Assembly: GCA_964520375.1 (NCBI GenBank)
Contig: CAZFNQ010000001.1
Location: forward strand, 5,842 to 59,047
Length of the DNA: 53,206 nucleotides
DNA from: an uncultured Candidatus Saccharibacteria bacterium
GTDB lineage: Bacteria > Patescibacteriota > Saccharimonadia > Saccharimonadales > JANWIN01
Reading direction: 5' to 3'
The position numbers and the translations under genes are program-made. The notes under the pieces are model-generated. The model ran no database searches, had not been told where the DNA came from, and saw only the letters and a program-made list of their open reading frames with translations. Positions within the stretch are counted from its first letter, which is position 1. Each line of letters begins with the position of its first letter. Shown piece after piece: positions 20,198 to 27,907 of this stretch.

Positions 20198-22278
20198 GTG
20201 CGCCAGCTTTTATTTTTTATAACATCTCTCGCAAAGACGAATACAAACTTCACAAGTTCCCATAGGCTCATATCTTCATCGTCATCATCATTGCCAGATT
20301 CAGTAGTCTCTGTCTTCCTTAACCTGACTTCTTCGAGTTTCTTTACTTCATCTGCTTCAAGCGTATAGTCAATATCTTCCTTGAACATACGAATAACCAG
20401 TACAACGATGATGCCAATTATCGATACCGCTGCCAGCCAGTTGATGTCCCAGACAAAGGCGAAGCCGGCTAAGAAGGCGAAGCCGGATATATAGATTCCG
20501 GCCGCTATATTCTTAGGCATATGGATTGCTTCATAGGCAACTTTTGGCAGGCCATGCTTCTTCATTTCCCAAAAGGCATCTCGTGATGTAACTTGCGGAG
20601 TAGTGGTGAAATTGTAGGACTGCGGCGGCGACGGAGTAGCCCATTCTAAAGTTCTCCCATCCCAAGGATCACCGGTCGTATCACGCAGTCGCTGCTTTTG
20701 AATGATACTGGCCAATATTTGTGCCAACTGCAGAGCCACGCCAATCGCTATGACGATTCCACCGATCAACATAAGCACATATAAGGGCTGCCAGCCAGTG
20801 GAAGAATCGTAGTGATCAAGTCTTCTTGTAGCTCCCATAAGTCCCAGCACATACATTGGTATAAAGGACAGGCAAAACCCAATAATCCAACACCAAAAGG
20901 CATTTCGGCCAATCCGCTCATTGAGCCTAAAACCCGCGAACTTAGGGAACCAGTATGATATCCCGCAAAAGACGCCAAAAAGTACGCCGCCAATGACCAT
21001 GGAATGGAAATGCGCAACTAAGAACAGGCTATTGTGAAACTGGAAGTCAGCTGGTGGTACCGCCAACATGACACCGGCCATACCGCCAATTGCAAACACA
21101 GCGATAAACCCAAGGAACCACAACATTGGCGTATCAAACCGAATCCGTCCTTTGTACATCGTAGCAATCCAAGTAAACACTAATACGGACGTCGGTATGG
21201 CAATAATCATTGTCATCGTGCCAAAGAACGCGTTGACATCAGCACTGGCACCCATTGTAAAGAAGTGATGCAGCCAAACAGACAGCGCCAGCGTTGAAAT
21301 TCCAATCATACCGAGCACATTTGATGTGTAGCTGGCAATTTGCTTGCGGCTGAAGGTTGTAACCACCTCCGAAAACACACCGAAGGCCGGCAATATTAAT
21401 ATATACACTTCAGGATGCCCCCACATCCAGATGAGATTGGTATACATCATGGGGTCACCGCCACCAACAATCGTAAAGAAGTGCGTGCCTAAATATCGGT
21501 CAAAAAATACCAAGAATATAGTGGCGGTAAGTAGTGGAAACACAGTTACGGCCATAATCATGCTACAAAGCGACCCCCAAGTGAACAGCGGCATTTTACC
21601 CAAGCTCATGCCGGGTGCGCGCATCTTTAGAATCGTCATAATAAAGTTAATGGCACCAAGCGTCGTGCCAATACCAGAAATCTGTAGACTCCATATCCAG
21701 TAATCCACACCCGCACCTGGACTGAAAACTTTTTCCGACAGTGGAGCAACCGCTAGCCAGCCGGTAGCAGCATATTGACCGCCAACGAAGAAAAACATGT
21801 TAACCATGACCACTCCGGCGACAAATAACCAAAAACCCAGCGTGTTCAAGAATGGTGAAGCTAAGTCTCGAGCCCCAATCTGGAGTGGCACTATGTAATT
21901 TATGAGCCCAAAAATAAACGCCATAGCCACAAAGAAAACCATAATATTACCGTGAGCTGTAAAGATTTGCTGGAAATGATCAGACGACAGGTACCCATGT
22001 GAGGATCCGGAAGATAGCGCCTGCTGAAGCCAAATCATTATTGCATCCAGTCCGCCGCGCAGGAGCATTAATCCACCGACGATAAAGTACATAATACCGA
22101 TCCTTTTCGGGTCAACTGAGGTCAGCCACTCTTTCCAGAGCCATTTCCATCGTTTCAGATATGTTATTACCGAGATAGCAACTAAACCCATTAGGGAAAA
22201 AGTTAGCGACGCACCGATTGTAAACCATTCATGCGGCAAGGCTTCCCAAGTCAATTTGCCCAGTAGTAATTCTTTCAT
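20176..22278 (-). CDS. cyoB: Cytochrome o quinol oxidase subunit I (heme-copper oxidase catalytic subunit)
   Basis: Signature WMWGHPEVYILILPAFG, plus HHFFTMG and VAHFHSMVIGG, with ~14 TM segments. Confidence 0.95.
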   Translation of the reverse strand: MKELLLGKLTWEALPHEWFTIGASLTFSLMGLVAISVITYLKRWKWLWKEWLTSVDPKRIGIMYFIVGGLMLLRGGLDAIMIWLQQALSSGSSHGYLSSDHFQQIFTAHGNIMVFFVAMAFIFGLINYIVPLQIGARDLASPFLNTLGFWLFVAGVVMVNMFFFVGGQYAATGWLAVAPLSEKVFSPGAGVDYWIWSLQISGIGTTLGAINFIMTILKMRAPGMSLGKMPLFTWGSLCSMIMAVTVFPLLTATIFLVFFDRYLGTHFFTIVGGGDPMMYTNLIWMWGHPEVYILILPAFGVFSEVVTTFSRKQIASYTSNVLGMIGISTLALSVWLHHFFTMGASADVNAFFGTMTMIIAIPTSVLVFTWIATMYKGRIRFDTPMLWFLGFIAVFAIGGMAGVMLAVPPADFQFHNSLFLVAHFHSMVIGGVLFGVFCGISYWFPKFAGFRLNERIGRNAFWCWIIGFCLSFIPMYVLGLMGATRRLDHYDSSTGWQPLYVLMLIGGIVIAIGVALQLAQILASIIQKQRLRDTTGDPWDGRTLEWATPSPPQSYNFTTTPQVTSRDAFWEMKKHGLPKVAYEAIHMPKNIAAGIYISGFAFLAGFAFVWDINWLAAVSIIGIIVVLVIRMFKEDIDYTLEADEVKKLEEVRLRKTETTESGNDDDDEDMSLWELVKFVFVFARDVIKNKSWRTWKHHTS

Positions 22279-23183
22279 TATTTGTGTGAATGGCTTCCGT
22301 ATAGCCCTGTGTATTTAATAATCACTCTGGCATATAAATTATTGTCGCTAAGATTGTAGAAGGCAGCTGGATTGCTTTTACTGGGTTGTAAGATGCTGTC
22401 GTACTTGGCGGTATCAAGCACACTTGGAGACTGTTTTACTGCCTGCACCCAACGGTCAAAATCTTCAGCGTCACTGGCACGGGCAATAAACTTCATTCCT
22501 GAAAAACCAGCACCATTAATTTCGGCTGAACTTCCTGGATAATCTCCAGGTGTGTCGGCCATCAAGTTTAAACGATTGACATGCCCGGTCATGGTATATA
22601 GCTGACCGCCAAGATTCGGAATCCAGAACGAACTCATTGGTGCCTCATCAGCTGTTAACTCAAATTGAACCGGGGTATTTACTGGAATTTGAACAAAATT
22701 GACCGCCGCAATTCCTTGTTCCGGATATATAAACAACCATTTCCAACGCATCGATACGACTTGTATCGTTAGCGGTTTGGTATCAGTAGCAATCAGTTTC
22801 TGTGGCGCTAGCCTATGAGTAGCAGGCCACATTACGGATACTAGTATTAGCATGAAAGTGCCTGGTATTGCCCAAACGCCAATATTAAACCACTTGCCAT
22901 GATGAAAGTTTGGTTCATATTTAGCTTTTGGATTAGACTCCCGGTATTTCCAGGCGGTGAAATAAAGCAAGGTAACTGATGGTACGGCAATCACCAACAA
23001 CACACTGACCGTATAAAGCATTAGGCCGTGTTGCTGCTTGGCAATCAATCCTTGGGGATTAAATAGCGCTGTGTTATGACCGTGTAGTAGTCTTCTTATA
23101 AGCAACCCCAAGTCTGCTAATACCGTGAGAATAATCAGCACAAGCCACCCCGGACTAATACTATTTTTGTTACTTTCTGACAT
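22278..23183 (-). CDS. cyoA: Cytochrome o quinol oxidase subunit II (quinol type, no CuA ligands)
   Basis: Two N-terminal TM segments. The cupredoxin domain has SSFWIPNLGGQLYTM..GAGFSGMKF, resembling CyoA rather than a CuA C..C..H..M site. The ATG at 23183 or the TTG at 23186 could be the start. Confidence 0.88.
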   Translation of the reverse strand: MSESNKNSISPGWLVLIILTVLADLGLLIRRLLHGHNTALFNPQGLIAKQQHGLMLYTVSVLLVIAVPSVTLLYFTAWKYRESNPKAKYEPNFHHGKWFNIGVWAIPGTFMLILVSVMWPATHRLAPQKLIATDTKPLTIQVVSMRWKWLFIYPEQGIAAVNFVQIPVNTPVQFELTADEAPMSSFWIPNLGGQLYTMTGHVNRLNLMADTPGDYPGSSAEINGAGFSGMKFIARASDAEDFDRWVQAVKQSPSVLDTAKYDSILQPSKSNPAAFYNLSDNNLYARVIIKYTGLYGSHSHK

Positions 23184-23335
23184 CAACCTGGTTCTCTCAA
23201 AACGTAACCATAATCATGTCTATAACTATATCATGAGCTGATTAGCGTGGGGGATTGGCCCAATTTGAGTCCCGCCATCGGATCCAAGGTAGAACTAAAG
23301 GCGAAGAATCATTAAGAACTTGATAAAATATACTT

Positions 23336-23623
23336 ATGCCTACAAAAGCAATCGCAACTGACTTTATGCATAAAATGCCGATAGATTTAAAAAAAGCTCT
23401 GCATTCTGACGAATCAGTTTACGAGCGGTGGGAAAACCTCACGCCACTGGCACGCAATGAATGGATCTGCTGGAATATCACAAACAAAAAACCAGAAACA
23501 AGAAAAAATCATATCGAGCGGACCGTGATGGAGTTGCTAGAAGGAAAGCGCCGACCTTGTTGTTGGATAGGTTGTATACATCGTTGGAATAAAATGCATA
23601 AAATTAAAAGTGCAGTAAGGTAA
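23336..23623 (+). CDS. YdeI/OmpD-associated (OmdA) family protein
   Basis: L.PLARNEWICWI..KKPETR..HIERTV..L..GKRRPCCW.GC.HR, as I recall for this family. Confidence 0.6.
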   Translation: MPTKAIATDFMHKMPIDLKKALHSDESVYERWENLTPLARNEWICWNITNKKPETRKNHIERTVMELLEGKRRPCCWIGCIHRWNKMHKIKSAVR

Positions 23624-23651
23624 ACTAAAGGCAAATTGGTATACTAGACTT

Positions 23652-23864
23652 ATGCAAAAGATAGCAACACGAGTATTTATTATCGCTTCCATTACCTTTG
23701 GTATTGTTGGCATTTTAATGGTCATGACAGCTCCTTTTGGAGAAGGCGAAACGAGTTCTGACCTAAACCGAGCATTTCAAAAACTTCTACTGATAGCTGT
23801 TTTTATAATTCTTCCTTCGTTTGCACTTAGCGTTGCTAGTAAGTACCTAAACGGTAAATCTTAA
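23652..23864 (+). CDS. Small two-TM membrane protein
   Basis: 70-aa ORF with two hydrophobic helices. Confidence 0.4.
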   Translation: MQKIATRVFIIASITFGIVGILMVMTAPFGEGETSSDLNRAFQKLLLIAVFIILPSFALSVASKYLNGKS

Positions 23865-23919
23865 TTCTTAACTTCAAAAACGCTGAGCACCGTTATTAAC
23901 TTAAGGAATTTTACGAAAC

Positions 23920-24612
23920 CTAAGGTAGTTTAGTGTTGAGCACAGCGACAACTAGATTGGTATAAGCATCGTTGCCGGCGTCTGTGTAATGAATATTTGA
24001 CGGCTTCATGTATTCTGGATGACCTTTGGCCGCCGAACACCAGCCGACAATTGTAAGATTAGGCCAACGACTTTTTGCGTCCGATAAAGCAGTATTGATT
24101 ATCCCGCAACCGGTTTGATCTTGACTGGGTTCAAGACTACAAGGCAAATTTGTCCATAGAATCGGGCGATTAGTAGGTAATAAGCCCATTATGTAGTCGA
24201 TCTTAGTTCCATAGTTTGCATAGCCACGAGTGGAAGCAGTGCCTAAAATACCAGTGTCATTTATTCCGAGTTCAACCACATAAGCATCTGGGTTGAGTTT
24301 GCTGCGCACTAATGGAATGCGAGTTTTCCAATAATCTAAAAAGGCCGGGTTGGGGCAGGGACCTGTGCTGCGGCAGCCATTCCATCTTATGGCAGCGCCG
24401 GCGGCTGCCATATCTATTGGCACGTAGCCAATTTCACTTGGTGTCATTATCATGTCACGGCGGTTAGCACCGTAAACTATGTTTGAATCCCCAATGAAGG
24501 CAACCACACCTCTGACTGAGCCAGCCGGAGTTCCTGAAAAAGCTCTAACAACTCCAGAAACGGCTACCAGTATGGTAACTGCTGCTACTAAAAGTGATAG
24601 TTTTCGGTTCAT
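23920..24612 (-). CDS. Secreted SGNH/GDSL-like hydrolase
   Basis: Signal-like N-terminus (MNRKLSLLVAAVTILVAVSG) and block I FIGDSN. I prefer the ATG at 24612, which has an AAAGGTGGAG SD. Confidence 0.6.
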   Translation of the reverse strand: MNRKLSLLVAAVTILVAVSGVVRAFSGTPAGSVRGVVAFIGDSNIVYGANRRDMIMTPSEIGYVPIDMAAAGAAIRWNGCRSTGPCPNPAFLDYWKTRIPLVRSKLNPDAYVVELGINDTGILGTASTRGYANYGTKIDYIMGLLPTNRPILWTNLPCSLEPSQDQTGCGIINTALSDAKSRWPNLTIVGWCSAAKGHPEYMKPSNIHYTDAGNDAYTNLVVAVLNTKLP

Positions 24613-24717
24613 AAGTTCTCCACCTTTATTTCCTATTAGATTATACACCATTTTAATGCAAAAAGCAAGCTGGGTTGCTTTAGGTAACGGCTGCTAAAAC
24701 TCTGTACAATGTAAGCT

Positions 24718-24873
24718 ATGGCCATAAATCCTAGGTGCAATAGTTGCGGCAAGGAACTGAACCTGTACGGGGCAATTTTATTTAGCCCTCCAAATAAAAA
24801 AACTGAAGTTAAAAAGTTCCACCTTTGTAAAGACTGTTACAAAAAAATTGTTAAAAACTTCATGTATAAGTAG
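24718..24873 (+). CDS. Unlisted 51-aa zinc-ribbon protein (CxxC..CxxC)
   Basis: My own translation is MAINPRCNSCGKELNLYGAILFSPPNKKTEVKKFHLCKDCYKKIVKNFMYK*. TACAAT at 24705-24710 lies 7 nt upstream of the ATG. The ORF is below the 60-aa track cutoff. Confidence 0.45.
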   Translation: MAINPRCNSCGKELNLYGAILFSPPNKKTEVKKFHLCKDCYKKIVKNFMYK

Positions 24874-24941
24874 TTATGGTTTACAATCTCGCAGTCGTGT
24901 TTTACAAGTAAACCAGCTAGTATTTTTGCTATCATTAGGCA

Positions 24942-25607
24942 ATGTCATTTCCATCACATTCAAGATCAACATGGGACAAGGCCCAGGAAGCAGAAAAAGG
25001 CCACTGGGCTTGGCTGTGGCAAGCCGCTGATTCCGAACAAAGAAAATCCTTAATTAATAATGAGACTATAAAAGGTGAGTTTATATTCCAGCAAATGGCT
25101 GATTTTTTTAAAGTTAAACCACAAAAAGATTGGCACAAGCTTAAAGTACTTGATGTCGGCTGCGGACCTATCAGCCTTATAGCCCGCAATAAGCTGGGTA
25201 TAATCAGGGCCGGGGTAGATCCGCTACGTTACCCGAATTGGGTGTATCAAGAATACGAGAACAAAAATTTCAAGGTTTACGAAAAACCGTTTGAAGAGTT
25301 AGGTGTTAAACAGAAGTTTGATGTTATTGTTTTTTATAATGCCCTGCAACACTTCGCTGACCTAAAATCCGTCGCCAAAAAGTGCCATGAATTTTTAGCC
25401 AAAGATGGGGTCATTTATTTGTCAGAATACCTAGAGGTTCCAACCAATGAGGCACATATACAATTTTTAGAATCGGGTGCATTGAATATGTTGTTTAGCT
25501 CCGCCGGTTTTAAAGTAAACTCCGTGGAACGAGCCGTACGACTGCCAGGTTACGTTGAGCGGCCCGATGGTTCACCTATTAACTTGTATATAGCTAGACT
25601 GATGTAG
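24942..25607 (+). CDS. Class I SAM-dependent methyltransferase
   Basis: Motif I VLDVGCGPI and the post-I/II pattern FDVIVFYNALQHF. Confidence 0.75.
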   Translation: MSFPSHSRSTWDKAQEAEKGHWAWLWQAADSEQRKSLINNETIKGEFIFQQMADFFKVKPQKDWHKLKVLDVGCGPISLIARNKLGIIRAGVDPLRYPNWVYQEYENKNFKVYEKPFEELGVKQKFDVIVFYNALQHFADLKSVAKKCHEFLAKDGVIYLSEYLEVPTNEAHIQFLESGALNMLFSSAGFKVNSVERAVRLPGYVERPDGSPINLYIARLM

Positions 25608-25639
25608 GCGATAGGTCCAATTTATATCTATTAGATATC

Positions 25640-26329
25640 CTAAAATCTTTGGTTGGGTGGCATTTGGATGTTGCGACGGTCGTGCCGTCGGCGCAAAAAT
25701 AGCCATAGCCAGATTAATAGCCCTACAAAGATTGCTACCAAAGAAATAATAAGTATCCAGTGATTTGGTTTTTTCGTTGCCGCTGCAGCGGCAGGAGTTG
25801 GGGTTGTAGTGGAGGCTCCCAGCACTTTAAATGTAAAAGTTGCTTTGCCATTTTTAATAGCATTTAGAGTAATAGAAATATCATTTATGCCGTCACCATT
25901 TACATCAATTTGTTTGGTATCACCTACAAAAAAACGGAGTTTAATAGCGCCGGGACTAATGGTAAGGTCAACGTAGTTACTGGTAACTTTATTGATAGTT
26001 ATGCTATATCTGATAGTTTCGTTATTTGCGGTAACGTCAAAATATAATACTTGGCCGGCTTTTAATACCAGCTGCTGGCCATTAACAGAAAAAAAGTTGT
26101 CATAATTATTAAGCAAAATTAGGGAAGTGCTAGAGCTGGGAGTGCTAGAACTAGGTGAAGAACTAGATGGAGTTGAACTCGACCCAGAACAGCCTTGGCT
26201 ATATTTACAAGCACCGTAGTTGCCGCCGCCGTAAACTGCCGCCCAGGCAACTGGCTGCAAAACAAAAGCACAAACAATAAACACAGGAGCTAATAATCTG
26301 GTTATTTTGCCAAATGTCTTAATTGCCAT
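25640..26329 (-). CDS. Secreted protein with a Ser-rich linker and a C-terminal TM anchor
   Basis: Signal peptide ending AWA, an SSSTPSSSSPSSSTPSSS linker, a beta-rich body, then a C-terminal TM followed by RRRHDRR. Confidence 0.55.
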   Translation of the reverse strand: MAIKTFGKITRLLAPVFIVCAFVLQPVAWAAVYGGGNYGACKYSQGCSGSSSTPSSSSPSSSTPSSSTSLILLNNYDNFFSVNGQQLVLKAGQVLYFDVTANNETIRYSITINKVTSNYVDLTISPGAIKLRFFVGDTKQIDVNGDGINDISITLNAIKNGKATFTFKVLGASTTTPTPAAAAATKKPNHWILIISLVAIFVGLLIWLWLFLRRRHDRRNIQMPPNQRF

Positions 26330-26384
26330 TTACACAAGCGATTATAACATTTATACTAAGTCTAGAATTAAAAAAGGAGAGGGT

Positions 26385-26552
26385 ATGTTTGGTAAAACAG
26401 AAGATTTGGTCATAGTTCTGCTAATTATCTTGTTGCTATTTGGCGCTAAGAAGATTCCGGACTTGGCTCGCAGTATTGGCCAATCGGCCCGTGAGGTCAA
26501 AAAGGGCTTTAGTGGCGAAGACGAAGAAACTAGTTCTAAGAAGTCTAAGTAA
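26385..26552 (+). CDS. tatA: Twin-arginine translocase subunit TatA/E
   Basis: MFGKTEDLVIVLLIILLLFGAKKIPDLARSIG matches the TatA pattern. An AAGGAGAGG SD precedes the ATG at 26385. Confidence 0.88.
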   Translation: MFGKTEDLVIVLLIILLLFGAKKIPDLARSIGQSAREVKKGFSGEDEETSSKKSK

Positions 26553-26573
26553 CCCTCAAAAAAAGGAGCGGGG

Positions 26574-27575
26574 GTGGCACCGTCACAAACATTTCATGAC
26601 CACATAAAAGAGCTCCGCCGTCGCATAATGTGGATAGTGCTGGCGATTGGCATAACCGCGGGTATCAGTTATGCACTGCGTGTTAGTCTTATTCGCATTT
26701 TGCAAAAACCGCTAGGAGCAACACTTTTTTACACTTCACCAGCCGGTAGCTTTAATTTTATTATAAAACTGTCGACTATTATTGGTTTATTTGTAGCTTT
26801 GCCAGTCATAATTTATCAGTTGCTGCGTTTTATTGAGCCAGCCTTACCAATAAATATTAAAAGAAGTACGATGTTTAAGTTAATATCGGCTTCGTTTTTG
26901 TTGGCGCTGGGTGGCATAGCTTTTGGTTATTTTTACATGGTGCCGATGTCACTACACTTTTTCGCCGGCTATTCCACGGATCAAATTAAACCGCTGATTT
27001 CGGCCAATGAGTATTTATCTTACTTGATGGGCAACTTGACTATCTTTGCCTTGATGTTTCAAATCCCCCTGGTCGTACTATTTATTAACTGGATTAAGCC
27101 TACCAGGCCGCGCAAGCTGCTGCGCTACCAGCGACACGTCATTGTCGGTTCGTTCGCATTAGCCGTGGTTTTGCCGTTTACTTATGATCCTATTTCGCAG
27201 TTTATTGTGGCCATACCAATTATAGTGCTGTTTTACTTATCAGTAATTTTGCTGTGGGCCGCGAATCGAGGCCGCATTTATCCCGGTGAGGCCAGCCCGG
27301 CCGTCAGCCCAATCTTGCCAACACCTCCGGCGCCCTACACTGAGCCAATGCTAGTGCCAGTATTGACTCCAACCATTAACAATAGACCGCGGTCTATTGC
27401 GGTGGAAGGCTTCGTTAGTAGGCCGGTCGGGGCACTACCCCGCCGCACCCAATATGCCAATTCCACCGAGCTACGCCAACAGGTGGCTGGACAGCCAAAG
27501 CCAAGCCACAAATCCTCGCCAAAGCCCAGGCTGTCCATTGATGGCATTAGTCCGCCTTTGACATCTTCAGCATAA
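26574..27575 (+). CDS. tatC: Twin-arginine translocase subunit TatC with a ~90-aa Pro-rich C-terminal extension
   Basis: F.DHI.ELRRR start and a six-TM layout. GTG start with an AAGGAG SD. Confidence 0.85.
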   Translation: MAPSQTFHDHIKELRRRIMWIVLAIGITAGISYALRVSLIRILQKPLGATLFYTSPAGSFNFIIKLSTIIGLFVALPVIIYQLLRFIEPALPINIKRSTMFKLISASFLLALGGIAFGYFYMVPMSLHFFAGYSTDQIKPLISANEYLSYLMGNLTIFALMFQIPLVVLFINWIKPTRPRKLLRYQRHVIVGSFALAVVLPFTYDPISQFIVAIPIIVLFYLSVILLWAANRGRIYPGEASPAVSPILPTPPAPYTEPMLVPVLTPTINNRPRSIAVEGFVSRPVGALPRRTQYANSTELRQQVAGQPKPSHKSSPKPRLSIDGISPPLTSSA

Positions 27576-27587
27576 GATTAAAAAGCC

Positions 27588-27616
27588 TTGACACTGCCCA
27601 CAATATTGCTTATTCT
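27588..27616 (+). promoter_or_regulatory. Candidate sigma-70 promoter for the fibre operon
   Basis: TTGACA (27588-27593), a 17-nt spacer, then TATTCT (27611-27616), located in the tatC-to-27664 gap. Confidence 0.4.
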
Positions 27617-27663
27617 ATTAGGGAAATAACCATAAACAAATACTACTCTGTTGTGGAAGCATA

Positions 27664-27864
27664 ATGGACAAACAAAAAAACCTACAAAAACTTTTCAACA
27701 AACCTATGGATAGAAAACAGTTCCTGGGTCATGTGGGCGCCGGGGCTTTAATGGTTATGGGAATAAGCGGTCTGCTAAAAAGCCTACTGGACTATGGCAG
27801 CCAACCGCGGCAGCAGTCTGAGGTTGGTTATGGTTCATCATCATATGGAGGCGGAAAGAAGTGA
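27664..27864 (+). CDS. Small (66 aa) protein with a Tat-signal-like N-region (DRKQFLGHVGAGALMVMG) and a Gly/Ser-rich tail
   Basis: ORF with a GGAAG SD-like element. It has an R-K pair followed by FL and a hydrophobic h-region. Confidence 0.45.
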   Translation: MDKQKNLQKLFNKPMDRKQFLGHVGAGALMVMGISGLLKSLLDYGSQPRQQSEVGYGSSSYGGGKK

Positions 27865-27907
27865 TATATAATACAGGCTAGATAAGCTTTAGGGGAGTGA
27901 TTACTGT

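Noticed and set aside
18006-23335. The cyo operon as a tRNA-Asn-associated genomic island.
   Set aside because: I found no integrase, no recognisable direct repeat of the tRNA 3' end and no obvious compositional break by eye. It is kept only as a low-weight remark within a finding.
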